A stretch of DNA of 64,000 bases, from the NCBI GenBank assembly GCA_018714405.1, contig DVNM01000028.1, positions 1,221 through 65,220 of the forward strand, read 5' to 3'. The notes beneath the pieces were generated by a model. The model had not been told where the DNA came from and did not search any database. It was given only the letters and a program-made list of their open reading frames with translations. Position 1 is the first letter of the stretch. Each line of letters begins with the position of its first letter. Of this stretch, positions 29,698-37,689 are shown in pieces. The translations under genes were made by a program, and so were the position numbers. This DNA is from Candidatus Scybalenecus merdavium (GTDB lineage: Bacteria > Bacillota > Clostridia > Oscillospirales > Acutalibacteraceae).

Positions 29698-30225
29698 TTA
29701 GGATATTACCTGTTTGTTTTTCAGAATGTCAGACGGGCGCGGCGCCTCGATCTGCTGGTCGCGCGCCTGCTTAAACGATGCACCGTCGATGTAGCGCACC
29801 TGGCTCGCCTGCACCTTGGTCATGCCGAGCACATTCACAGCATAATCGTCGATCTCACTGAGCGAGACCATGGAATCCAGCGTGCTGGTCAGCTGTGTAT
29901 TTTCCGCCTGCGCATAACTGATGTCATCCTCGATCGAAGAAACTTCATGCGTAAGCTGGTTGGTATAAGCAAACATGGCAACAGAAGCCGCCAAAAATGC
30001 AAAGCAAACGGCCACCACGCACATCACCCGGATATTGAACGACGTGCACGCTTTCTGTTCGGCGCGCAGCTGCGCCCCGGTCAGCGGTTTTGGTTCTACG
30101 ACCCGGATCGAACGTTTTCTTCTTTCTTCCTGCTCAGCAGGACGCGGACGCTGCGCCTCAAAAAAGCTGAGGTCATACGCCGCGCTGTTTTGTGCATATC
30201 TCCTGAAATCACCGCTGGTCGTCAT
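29698..30225 (-). CDS. ftsL: cell division protein FtsL-like
   Basis: A 175-aa bitopic protein with a single TM helix followed by a coiled-coil-like segment. It occupies the canonical slot between rsmH and the PBP gene. Confidence 0.7.
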   Translation of the reverse strand: MTTSGDFRRYAQNSAAYDLSFFEAQRPRPAEQEERRKRSIRVVEPKPLTGAQLRAEQKACTSFNIRVMCVVAVCFAFLAASVAMFAYTNQLTHEVSSIEDDISYAQAENTQLTSTLDSMVSLSEIDDYAVNVLGMTKVQASQVRYIDGASFKQARDQQIEAPRPSDILKNKQVIS

Positions 30226-30246
30226 AAAAATCAGTCCTTTACACTT

Positions 30247-31167
30247 CTAAAACTTTTCAAATGCGCGTAATCTGGATGACCTTGCCCGCGGATTTTCGGC
30301 AAGCTCATGCGCAGACGGTGTTTTGGATTTGAAAACAAGTTTGCCCTTTGGTTTATTGCCGCACACACAGACCGGAAACTCCTTGGGGCATGTGCAGCCC
30401 TGTGTCCACCCGGCGAATTTTTCTTTGACGATCCGGTCCTCCAAAGAGTGAAACGTGATCACCGCAATGCGCCCGCCGGAAGAAAGGCAGTCGAACGCAC
30501 TGTCGAGTGCATCCGACAGCTCCTGCAGCTCACCGTTGACCTCGATGCGGATAGCCTGAAATGTTCGGCGCGCCGGGTGTGCGCCGCGCAGGGCACGCGC
30601 CGGCATATGGCTGCGCACCACATCGACCAGTTCAAACGTAGTTTGGATCGGTTTTTCACTGCGCGCCTGCACAATGCCGCGCGCAATGCTTTTGGCATAT
30701 TTTTCTTCGCCGTAACGGAAAAGGATGTCGGCCAGCCTGTCCTGCGGATAGGTATTGACCACGTCGTAGGCGCTGAGGCCGGTTTTGCTCATGCGCATAT
30801 CGAGCGGCGCATCTGCATGGAAGCTGAAACCGCGCTCGGCGTTATCAAGCTGAAACGAGCTGACGCCGAGATCCAGCAGAAATGCGTCCAGCTTCGGTTC
30901 GCCATGCGCTTTCAAAATTTCAGCAATATTGGAAAAACGGTCATGCACGACGGTCACATTTGGCAGATCGCCCAGGCGTTCACGCAGCACCCGCACGGCA
31001 TCCGGGTCGCGGTCGATCGCATACAGCCGGCCGCTGCCGATCCTTTCAGCGATCGCACGGGAATGTCCCCCGCCGCCGGCCGTGCCGTCAGCCGCCACTG
31101 CGCCGTCTTTCAGACCAAGCGCATCGATCGACTCGGCGAACAAAACGCTTTTGTGATTAAATTCCAT
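30247..31167 (-). CDS. rsmH: 16S rRNA (cytosine1402-N4)-methyltransferase
   Basis: The N-terminus HKSVLFAES...DGTAGGGGHS is typical of MraW/RsmH. Length is 306 aa. Confidence 0.93.
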   Translation of the reverse strand: MEFNHKSVLFAESIDALGLKDGAVAADGTAGGGGHSRAIAERIGSGRLYAIDRDPDAVRVLRERLGDLPNVTVVHDRFSNIAEILKAHGEPKLDAFLLDLGVSSFQLDNAERGFSFHADAPLDMRMSKTGLSAYDVVNTYPQDRLADILFRYGEEKYAKSIARGIVQARSEKPIQTTFELVDVVRSHMPARALRGAHPARRTFQAIRIEVNGELQELSDALDSAFDCLSSGGRIAVITFHSLEDRIVKEKFAGWTQGCTCPKEFPVCVCGNKPKGKLVFKSKTPSAHELAENPRARSSRLRAFEKF

Positions 31168-31172
31168 TTTCT

Positions 31173-31655
31173 TTACCCCTCGGCGGCCGTGCCGCCGGCC
31201 TGCGTGTCGGCCTTGCCGTCCAGCACGTCGACCACGCTGACGCGTTTTTCTGCCGCTTCGCTGTCGAAAGCCTTGTCCTGTTCGTTCCAGATCTCAAAAT
31301 GTTTTTTGGCGCCGAACATAATGGCCGTGTTTTCATTTTCCAAATGGATGGCCTTGCGGATCTCGGGCGGCAGCGTGATGCGCCCCTGCGCATCCAGCTT
31401 CAGGTAAACGGTGCGGTCCAAAATCTGTGTTTCAGCCGCCTGTACCACGCTGTAGCGCGAAGATTCCATTTTCTCCATAAACGCGTCAAAATCAGATTCC
31501 ACATATACATGCAGACAAACACGGTCAGAGTTGGTGAGGCCGCGCGGCGTAACAAAGCCGATGAACTCATCGTCGCTTGTCTGCTTGCGCCATTTGGCCG
31601 GCACGGAAATGCGCCCCTTGCTGTCAAGCGCGTACGGATATTTGCCGTAAAACAC
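31173..31655 (-). CDS. mraZ: transcriptional regulator MraZ
   Basis: The track ORF is trimmed to GTG 31655 (RBS GGGAGGGG 5 nt upstream). The sequence VFYGKYPYALDSKGRISVPAKWR plus a second DAQGRITLP repeat gives the duplicated MraZ/SpoVT-AbrB motif. There is a C-terminal extension of about 15 aa. Confidence 0.85.
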   Translation of the reverse strand: MFYGKYPYALDSKGRISVPAKWRKQTSDDEFIGFVTPRGLTNSDRVCLHVYVESDFDAFMEKMESSRYSVVQAAETQILDRTVYLKLDAQGRITLPPEIRKAIHLENENTAIMFGAKKHFEIWNEQDKAFDSEAAEKRVSVVDVLDGKADTQAGGTAAEG

Positions 31656-31722
31656 AGCGGCCCCTCCCTTCGGATAAAGATGACAAATTGCCCGCAAAGC
31701 AGGCTCTTTCAAAATCAGTGTT

Positions 31723-31769
31723 ATGGGTTTTTATATGATTTCATGGTTTTTTATGGTTTTTTCCCCCAC
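31723..31769 (-). promoter_or_regulatory. phased direct repeats in the mraZ leader (candidate MraZ operator)
   Basis: On the plus strand, ATGGGTTTTT, ATGGTTTTTT and ATGGTTTTTT start at 31723, 31743 and 31753 (spacing 20 and 10 nt), followed by CCCCCAC. They lie just downstream of the predicted -10. Confidence 0.4.
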
Positions 31770-31779
31770 TTCGTTTTTC

Positions 31780-31809
31780 ATTATAAGGCAAGCTCTTTCG
31801 AAAAGTCAA
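31780..31809 (-). promoter_or_regulatory. dcw cluster (mraZ) promoter
   Basis: On the minus strand: TTGACT, 18-nt spacer, TATAAT. Confidence 0.6.
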
Positions 31810-31913
31810 GGCTTTCGCACGAAAAACTAATATTCTAGTTGTAAATTTTTGCTTTTTCCGGCCTTTGCAATCGAACAAAAGTACGAAAAAGTGTTTGTTT
31901 TTGTAAATCGCTG

Positions 31914-31942
31914 TTGTTTTAGCAGAAGCGTTATGCTATAAT
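31914..31942 (+). promoter_or_regulatory. promoter of the GPH symporter gene
   Basis: TTGTTT, 17-nt spacer, TATAAT, with a TGc extended -10. Confidence 0.55.
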
Positions 31943-31979
31943 AAACGCGCACAACTTGTTTATCGGAGGGTTTGAAAAG

Positions 31980-33398
31980 ATGGCAGATTACAAAACCACC
32001 TGGCGCGAAAAAATCGGTTTCGGCGTCGGCGCGATCGGCCTGGATCTAAGTTACGGGCTGTTTTATTCCTACCTGTCCTACTACCTGACTTCGGTGCTGG
32101 GGCTCAAAGAAGGCTTTTTGCTTTTGCTGACGCCGCTTGCCAGGATCTGGGACGGCGTGAACGACCCGATCATGGGCGCCATTGTGGACAACACGCACAT
32201 GAAAATGGGCAAATACAGACCGTGGATCATCATCGGCGCCGTTTCCAACGCCGTTGTGCTGGCGCTGCTGTTCACCAGTTTTGGCCTGACCGGTACAAAC
32301 CTTTATATTTACGTTACCGTGATGTACGTTTTGTGGGACATGACGAATACCATGGCGGACATTCCGTTTTGGAGCATGATCCCCTCCTTTACGACCGACC
32401 CAAACGACCGCAACATGATCTCCACCGTTGCGCGCACGTTTTCCGGCATTGGCCAGGGCCTTATCACCATTCTTACCCCCATTATTCTGCCGATGCTCAG
32501 CAGCGGCACCACGACCGACAAGGGCTACAGCAGCAGCGGGTTCAGCCGCTGGGCGATCATCTGCGCCATTGCACTGATCATGTTTGCGGTTATCTGCTCC
32601 CTTTCCACCAAAGAACGCCATGTGGTTTACGGCAAAAGAGAAAAATTCAGCTTTAAAAAGATCATTGACGTCATCAAGAACAACGACCAGCTTGTTTCCT
32701 TCATGGTGTTCGCCACCATCTCGAATGCCGGCTGGTACCTGACCTCCAGCACCGCGGTTTACTACTTTACCGACGTGTTGGAAGAACCGACGGCGCAGTC
32801 GCTGTTTTCCACCATCGGCGCAGTGGGCAGCGCGCTCGGCCTTTTGGTGATCCCCATACTTTCCAAAAAATTCACCAAACGCACCATATACCAGATCACA
32901 CTGATCACGGCCATTGTCGGGTATGTGCTGATGTACATTTTTGGCCCGGTCATGAAACAGACGCTTTTGCTGGACATTGCCTACATCATCTCTTCCATCG
33001 GTATCAGCGCCATGTTCGTTTCACAGACGATCTTCCTGGCCGATATTGTGGACTACGGCGAATATAAAAACGGCGTGCGCAACGAAAGCACAACGTTCTC
33101 CATGAAAGGCCTGCTGCAAAAAATCGCCTACACGATCCAAACGATCGTGCTGTTCAGCGGTCTTGGCCTTGTCAATTACAACGAACAGATCAGCACGGTC
33201 ACCAAGCAGGTGAACGAGGTCACAAAAAGCACCATCGGCTTTATCTGTTTTGGCGTACCGCCGATTTTCCTGCTGCTTTCTCTGATCGTATTTTCCAAAA
33301 AATTCAAAATCTACGGCAAACTGGCCGACAAGGTGCACGACTGCATCAGCGCCAAGCGTGAAGCGGAAGAAAAAGCCGGCATCGTACCGGAAGAATAA
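31980..33398 (+). CDS. glycoside-pentoside-hexuronide (GPH):cation symporter family transporter
   Basis: The start is moved to ATG 31980 (RBS GGAGGG). It is a 12-TM protein with the GPH/MelB-type N-terminus (KIGFGVGAIGLDLSYGLFYSYLSYYLT, DGVNDPIMGAIVDNT). Confidence 0.85.
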   Translation: MADYKTTWREKIGFGVGAIGLDLSYGLFYSYLSYYLTSVLGLKEGFLLLLTPLARIWDGVNDPIMGAIVDNTHMKMGKYRPWIIIGAVSNAVVLALLFTSFGLTGTNLYIYVTVMYVLWDMTNTMADIPFWSMIPSFTTDPNDRNMISTVARTFSGIGQGLITILTPIILPMLSSGTTTDKGYSSSGFSRWAIICAIALIMFAVICSLSTKERHVVYGKREKFSFKKIIDVIKNNDQLVSFMVFATISNAGWYLTSSTAVYYFTDVLEEPTAQSLFSTIGAVGSALGLLVIPILSKKFTKRTIYQITLITAIVGYVLMYIFGPVMKQTLLLDIAYIISSIGISAMFVSQTIFLADIVDYGEYKNGVRNESTTFSMKGLLQKIAYTIQTIVLFSGLGLVNYNEQISTVTKQVNEVTKSTIGFICFGVPPIFLLLSLIVFSKKFKIYGKLADKVHDCISAKREAEEKAGIVPEE

Positions 33399-33415
33399 AA
33401 AAATAACGGCGCATA

Positions 33416-33459
33416 AAAAGGCGGCGCGTCTGTCATATGACAGACGCGCCGCCTTTTTG
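33416..33459. terminator. bidirectional terminator
   Basis: A perfect 16-bp palindromic stem (GGCGGCGCGTCTGTCA / TGACAGACGCGCCGCC) is flanked by A5 and T5 runs. Confidence 0.9.
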
Positions 33460-33484
33460 ATTTATTATCCGAATTGAAACCAAA

Positions 33485-34216
33485 TCAGCCGGCATTCGCC
33501 GCATCGTTGATACAGCGCAGCGCATTCAAGCTGCGCGGATAGCCGATATAAGGCAAGCAGCGTGACAACACGGCGATCAGAAAAGTTTTGTCGTTGCCGA
33601 TACGCATATTGGCGCCGGCATGGGAGGTCAGCTGCGGCTCGCAGCCGCCCTGTGCAGCAAGAAAACAAAACGTGATCAGCTCGCGCTGGCAGTCGTCAAG
33701 CCCTTTGCGGGTATAATAATCGCCAAAGCAGTTCTGGGCAAGCCAGCGGTTGATGTGCACGCTTTCCTGCGGGCCGGACTTCCAGAAATCACGCATGCCG
33801 TCGCCGAACAGATCGACCTGTTTTTGCGAACCGGCCTGCAAACGGGTCTCGGGCGTGGTGGTAGAGACTTTTTCCAGCGGCAAAAGCCCCTTATCCTTCA
33901 AATAGCGGCTGACCGCCAAAATAAACGGATAAGCCCGGCCAAAGCCAAGGTAAGCGACCGACTGGTAAACGATCTCGCGCAGCATTTCAGGCGTGACGCC
34001 GCAGTCTGCGCTGTCCTGTAAAAGGACCTCGAACGCCTCTTTCCCCTGTGCGCCAGCCAGCACCGACAAAACGGCCATGCGCTCTGTAGCCGAATCAATG
34101 TCGCCGAACGCCACCACGTCCTGCGTTAGGAAATTTTCAAAAAACGATGCAAATTCCGGGTCGCTTTCCGCCAGACCAAACGCCTTGCCAAACGCGCCCT
34201 TTACTGTCTCTGACAT
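33485..34216 (-). CDS. carboxymuconolactone decarboxylase (AhpD-like) family protein
   Basis: The start is moved to ATG 34216 (RBS GGAGG). It has CMD-like helical repeats (EMLREIVYQSVAYLGFGRAYPF; FCFLAAQGGCEPQLTSH). Confidence 0.7.
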   Translation of the reverse strand: MSETVKGAFGKAFGLAESDPEFASFFENFLTQDVVAFGDIDSATERMAVLSVLAGAQGKEAFEVLLQDSADCGVTPEMLREIVYQSVAYLGFGRAYPFILAVSRYLKDKGLLPLEKVSTTTPETRLQAGSQKQVDLFGDGMRDFWKSGPQESVHINRWLAQNCFGDYYTRKGLDDCQRELITFCFLAAQGGCEPQLTSHAGANMRIGNDKTFLIAVLSRCLPYIGYPRSLNALRCINDAANAG

Positions 34217-34230
34217 AAAAAAACCTCCAA

Positions 34231-34641
34231 TCACTTTTCCAGTGCAGCATAAGCCGCATCGTCTACCGGCTCCAGCCACTCGTTCGATGTATCTTTGCCC
34301 GGAACCTCAACAGCCAGATGCGAAAACCAGCTGTCGGCCGCTGCGCCGTGCCAGTGCTTGACCTCCGGCGGGATGACGACCACGTCGCCGGCTTTCAGTT
34401 TGCGTGCCGGCTCGCCCCATGCCTGGTACCAGCCTTCGCCGGCCGTGCACAAAAGGATCTGGCCGCCGCCTTCAGCAGCATGGTGGATGTGCCAGTTGTT
34501 GCGGCAGCCCGGTTCAAATGTAACATTGCCGATGGGCACGCCGCCGGTGGTCAGCATGTTAAGGTAACTTTTACCAACAAAATACTGCGCAAACGCTGTG
34601 TTTTCACCGCCGCGCGGGAAAAGATCCTGAATTTCTTTCAC
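34231..34641 (-). CDS. cupin domain protein
   Basis: The start is moved to GTG 34641 (RBS GGAGTG). Cupin motifs are present (NNWHIHH...GGQILLCTAGEGWY, GDVVVIPPEVKHWHGA). Confidence 0.8.
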   Translation of the reverse strand: MKEIQDLFPRGGENTAFAQYFVGKSYLNMLTTGGVPIGNVTFEPGCRNNWHIHHAAEGGGQILLCTAGEGWYQAWGEPARKLKAGDVVVIPPEVKHWHGAAADSWFSHLAVEVPGKDTSNEWLEPVDDAAYAALEK

Positions 34642-34790
34642 TTTGATCACTCCATACAAATCATATTTGTACCTTTGTACAAGTTAATTATAAAACCTAA
34701 AGCTTACTTTAAGTCAAGAGTGTTCACAATTATTTTACAGTTTGACCGGAACAAAAAATACACGGAACATTAAACGCCCGTCAGCCCGTA

Positions 34791-34819
34791 TTGACAGCGC
34801 GGTTCGCATACGCTAAAAT
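34791..34819 (+). promoter_or_regulatory. near-consensus promoter of the 63-aa ORF
   Basis: TTGACA, 17-nt spacer, TAAAAT. Confidence 0.65.
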
Positions 34820-34883
34820 ATTCTTGGGGGCATGCAGGCATAAAACCCGATTTGCCATACTGTACAGAACAGGAGGAGCATTT

Positions 34884-35075
34884 ATGATCGACAAAGAAAC
34901 GTGGGAAACTATGGACGAAGACGAACAGAGAAGAGCCGTTTACGAGCTGCTGGAAAGGCAGATGAAAACACAGTTTCGCATCGACAATTCCCTGATGCAT
35001 CTGCGTGTGATGCTGTTTTTGCTGATCTTAATACCGATCATCATGACGGTGCTCGGCCTTTTACTGCAGACTTAA
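34884..35075 (+). CDS. hypothetical small tail-anchored membrane protein (63 aa)
   Basis: ATG 34884 is preceded by RBS AGGAGG. An acidic helical N-half (MIDKETWETMDEDEQRRAVYELLERQ) is followed by one C-terminal TM helix (VMLFLLILIPIIMTVLGLLL). The gene has its own promoter and terminator. Confidence 0.6.
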   Translation: MIDKETWETMDEDEQRRAVYELLERQMKTQFRIDNSLMHLRVMLFLLILIPIIMTVLGLLLQT

Positions 35076-35095
35076 CGGCTGCCGAAAGCAGATAG

Positions 35096-35126
35096 CCCCC
35101 GCTGTCAAAAAAGCAGCGGGGGTTTT
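35096..35126 (+). terminator. terminator of the 63-aa ORF
   Basis: A 9-bp stem (CCCCCGCTG / CAGCGGGGG) is followed by TTTT. Confidence 0.8.
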
Positions 35127-35136
35127 GCATTGCAAA

Positions 35137-35160
35137 CAAAAAAACGGCCAAAAGCCGTTT
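35137..35160 (-). terminator. terminator after the KH-domain gene (end of the ffh-rpsP operon)
   Basis: A short hairpin (AACGGC / GCCGTT) is followed on the minus strand by a T7 run, immediately after the stop codon. Confidence 0.6.
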
Positions 35161-35161
35161 T

Positions 35162-35404
35162 TCAGTCAATTTCGATTGAAATTTTTTCGTCCTCTTTCGT
35201 AGCGGCGGCACGCATGACAACGCGAATCGCCTTGGCGATGCGGCCCTGCTTGCCGATCACGCGGCCCATATCCTCTTCCGCAACGTGAAGATGATAGGCG
35301 ACAACGCCCTCGGCGTCGGGCTCGTCGATCTCGATCGAGATCTGATCCGGGTGTTCCACAAGGCCTGCCACGATCGACACCAATAAGCTTTTCAGTTCTT
35401 CCAA
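35162..35404 (-). CDS. KH-domain RNA-binding protein (YlqC/UPF0109)
   Basis: The start is moved to TTG 35404 (RBS GGAGG 7 nt upstream). It carries the KH GxxG motif (VIGKQGRIAKAIR). It sits in the conserved position after rpsP. Confidence 0.85.
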   Translation of the reverse strand: MEELKSLLVSIVAGLVEHPDQISIEIDEPDAEGVVAYHLHVAEEDMGRVIGKQGRIAKAIRVVMRAAATKEDEKISIEID

Positions 35405-35421
35405 AGAAAACACCTCCGAAA

Positions 35422-35664
35422 TTAAAGGATGCCTTCTTTTTTCAGTATCGCTTTTACTGTGTCTGTAGGCTGTGCACCGTTAGAGAGCCATTTTTTTGCT
35501 TTCTCGGCGTCAATTTTGATCTCGGCCGGGTCTACCATTGTGTTGTAAGTACCGATTTCTTCAATGAAACGGCCATCGCGCGGGAATTTGGAATCCGCCA
35601 CGACCACACGGTAGAACGGCGCCCTCTTAGCGCCCATGCGGCGAAGTCTGATTTTTACTGCCAT
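35422..35664 (-). CDS. rpsP: 30S ribosomal protein S16
   Basis: [25 protein letters not shown] is the canonical S16 N-terminus. Length is 80 aa. Confidence 0.97.
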   Translation of the reverse strand: MAVKIRLRRMGAKRAPFYRVVVADSKFPRDGRFIEEIGTYNTMVDPAEIKIDAEKAKKWLSNGAQPTDTVKAILKKEGIL

Positions 35665-35720
35665 TTTACATTACCTCCAATAAAATATTTATTCAACCAA
35701 CAATTTGGGTGAAGCCAAAA

Positions 35721-37109
35721 TTAAAAACCGAACGGATTTTTTCTGCCCATGTATTTTTCGGCCAGTTCGGGGTTTTGCTGCATAATGCGGCGCATTTTTT
35801 TGCTCATTTTCGGGCCGCCCTTGCCGCCGCCGAACGATTTCATCATTTTCTGCATTTGATTGAACTGCGCGATCAGGCGGTTGACATCCTCCACCTTACG
35901 GCCGCAGCCGGCCGCGATACGGCGCTTGCGCGACGGATTGATGATGTCGGGTCTTTCCCGTTCCTGCGCAGTCATGGACTGAATGATGGAACGGTTGACG
36001 GCAAACGCGTTTTCGTCGATATCCTCATCCTTGATCTTACCGCCGATGCCGGGGATCATTTTGATCGTATCTTTCAGGCTGCCCATGCGTTCGATCTGGT
36101 CGAACTGGTCAAGCAGGTCGTTGAAATCAAATTTGTTTTTGCGCAGCTTCTTCTCGAGCTCGGCCGCTTTCTTTTCATCGAGCGCCATTTCGGCACGCTC
36201 AATGAACGAAAGCACGTCGCCCATGCCGAGGATACGCGAAGCCATGCGGTCGGGGTGGAACGTTTCCAGATCGCCAAGCTTTTCACCGGTGCCGATGAAT
36301 TTGATGGGCTTGCCGGTCACGGCACGAACGGAAAGCGCAGCACCGCCGCGTGTGTCACCGTCGAGCTTAGTCAGGATCACGCCGTCGATGCCAAGCGTTT
36401 CGTTGAACGTTTTGGAAACGTTGACGGCATCCTGGCCGGTCATGGCGTCAATGACCAAAAGGATTTCGTGCGGGTGCAGTGTGGACTTGATGTTCTTCAG
36501 CTCGTCCATCAGCTGTTCATCCACATGCAGACGGCCGGCCGTATCGATAATAACATAGTCATGACCATGGTCCTTGGCGTATTTCACAGCCTCAGACGCG
36601 ATGGTGACCGGGTCGCCCTGCCCCATTTCAAAAACCGGGGTATCTACCTGGGCGCCGACGACCTGCAGCTGCTTGATAGCCGCCGGACGGTACACGTCAC
36701 ACGCGACAAGCAGCGGACGGTGCCCCTCGTTTTTCAATTTGCGCGCAAGCTTTGCAGAATGGGTCGTTTTACCGGAGCCCTGCAAACCGCACATCATCAA
36801 AATCGTAGGCGGATGGTTGGCGATCGCCAAACGGCTTTCGCTGCCGCCCATCAGCTGGGTCAGCTCTTCGTTGACGATTTTAATGACCATCTGGCCGGGC
36901 GTCAGCGACTCCATTACATCAGAGCCGATGGCACGTTCCGTCACTTTTGCCGTAAATTCTTTGGCAACTTTATAGTTTACGTCTGCCTCCAAAAGGGCAA
37001 GGCGCACTTCGCGCATGGCTTCCTTGACATCTGACTCCGTCAGCTTGCCTTTTGCACGAAGCTTTTTAAATGCGTTGTCAAGGCGTTCGCTTAAATTTTC
37101 AAATGCCAA
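35721..37109 (-). CDS. ffh: signal recognition particle protein Ffh
   Basis: The N-terminus is MAFENLSERL. The NG domain has GLQGSGKTT and DTAGR, and the Met-rich M domain ends in a basic tail. Confidence 0.97.
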   Translation of the reverse strand: MAFENLSERLDNAFKKLRAKGKLTESDVKEAMREVRLALLEADVNYKVAKEFTAKVTERAIGSDVMESLTPGQMVIKIVNEELTQLMGGSESRLAIANHPPTILMMCGLQGSGKTTHSAKLARKLKNEGHRPLLVACDVYRPAAIKQLQVVGAQVDTPVFEMGQGDPVTIASEAVKYAKDHGHDYVIIDTAGRLHVDEQLMDELKNIKSTLHPHEILLVIDAMTGQDAVNVSKTFNETLGIDGVILTKLDGDTRGGAALSVRAVTGKPIKFIGTGEKLGDLETFHPDRMASRILGMGDVLSFIERAEMALDEKKAAELEKKLRKNKFDFNDLLDQFDQIERMGSLKDTIKMIPGIGGKIKDEDIDENAFAVNRSIIQSMTAQERERPDIINPSRKRRIAAGCGRKVEDVNRLIAQFNQMQKMMKSFGGGKGGPKMSKKMRRIMQQNPELAEKYMGRKNPFGF

Positions 37110-37147
37110 ACTGTTCCCTCCTGCAGCGAAAATTATGTAAGAAGCCC

Positions 37148-37522
37148 TTACACAAATGACTGGTCGCTCAAGATCTCGACAAGAGAACGGATCTTCGTTA
37201 CGTTGTCGTTGATCTCGCGGGAAAGGTCGTGTGAAAGGTTGTAACGGTTGATGTTTTCGGCACAGGCAGTGATCTCCTCCAGGCTTTTGCGCAGCTCCTC
37301 ATGCCTGGCAGCCAGATGCAGCTTAGATTCCATTTCGATCAGCTGCGCTTCGGCGCGCTTGACGGCATCGCGCACACCCTGGCGGGTAATGCCCTCGTTT
37401 TCCGCAATTTCAGACAGGGACAGATCCTCGTCATAATAATACATCAAAAAATTGCGCTGTTTTTGTGTAAGCATTTCACCGTAAAAATCAAGAAGCAGTG
37501 AAATTTCAAGATTTTTGGGCAC
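37148..37522 (-). CDS. ylxM: YlxM-type putative DNA-binding protein (UPF0122)
   Basis: The start is moved to GTG 37522. The sequence LLDFYGEMLTQKQRNFLMYYYDEDLSLSEIAENEGITRQGVRD is a sigma-70 region-4-like HTH. It sits in the conserved position upstream of ffh. Confidence 0.85.
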   Translation of the reverse strand: MPKNLEISLLLDFYGEMLTQKQRNFLMYYYDEDLSLSEIAENEGITRQGVRDAVKRAEAQLIEMESKLHLAARHEELRKSLEEITACAENINRYNLSHDLSREINDNVTKIRSLVEILSDQSFV

Positions 37523-37578
37523 GTCTCTCCCCCCTGTGACCCGCACATGTAAAGTATTTTATCTTTACAGCAAAAAGT

Positions 37579-37607
37579 ATTATACTAAATCATCGCTGCA
37601 TTGTCAA
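37579..37607 (-). promoter_or_regulatory. promoter of the ylxM-ffh-rpsP operon
   Basis: On the minus strand: TTGACA, 17-nt spacer, TATAAT (a perfect consensus). Confidence 0.7.
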
Positions 37608-37689
37608 GAAAATTTACCAGAATACGAAAAAATTCTATATATTTTACGTTTGCGCCATATTAAAGCACGCACATCAAGGCATAGCCGCT

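Noticed and set aside
35709-37034. Very long antisense ORFs opposite real genes. Examples: 35709..37034 (441 aa, opposite ffh), 55381..56829 (482 aa, opposite era/ybeY), 17623..18642 (opposite ftsZ), 21004..22044 (opposite murG), 23597..24733 (opposite mraY), 27061..28260 (opposite the PBP gene), 30307..31407 (opposite rsmH/mraZ), 47015..48172 and 48483..49673 (opposite the hydrogenase and nfnB), 52198..53295 (opposite mutS2), 13984..15111 (opposite GH38), and 11962..13107 (opposite glycerate kinase).
   Set aside because: Each lies exactly opposite a gene with unmistakable family motifs. Their translations are low-complexity and rich in Arg, Ala, Gly and His. They lack RBSs. They are the expected stop-codon-poor shadow frames of GC-rich, codon-biased genes.
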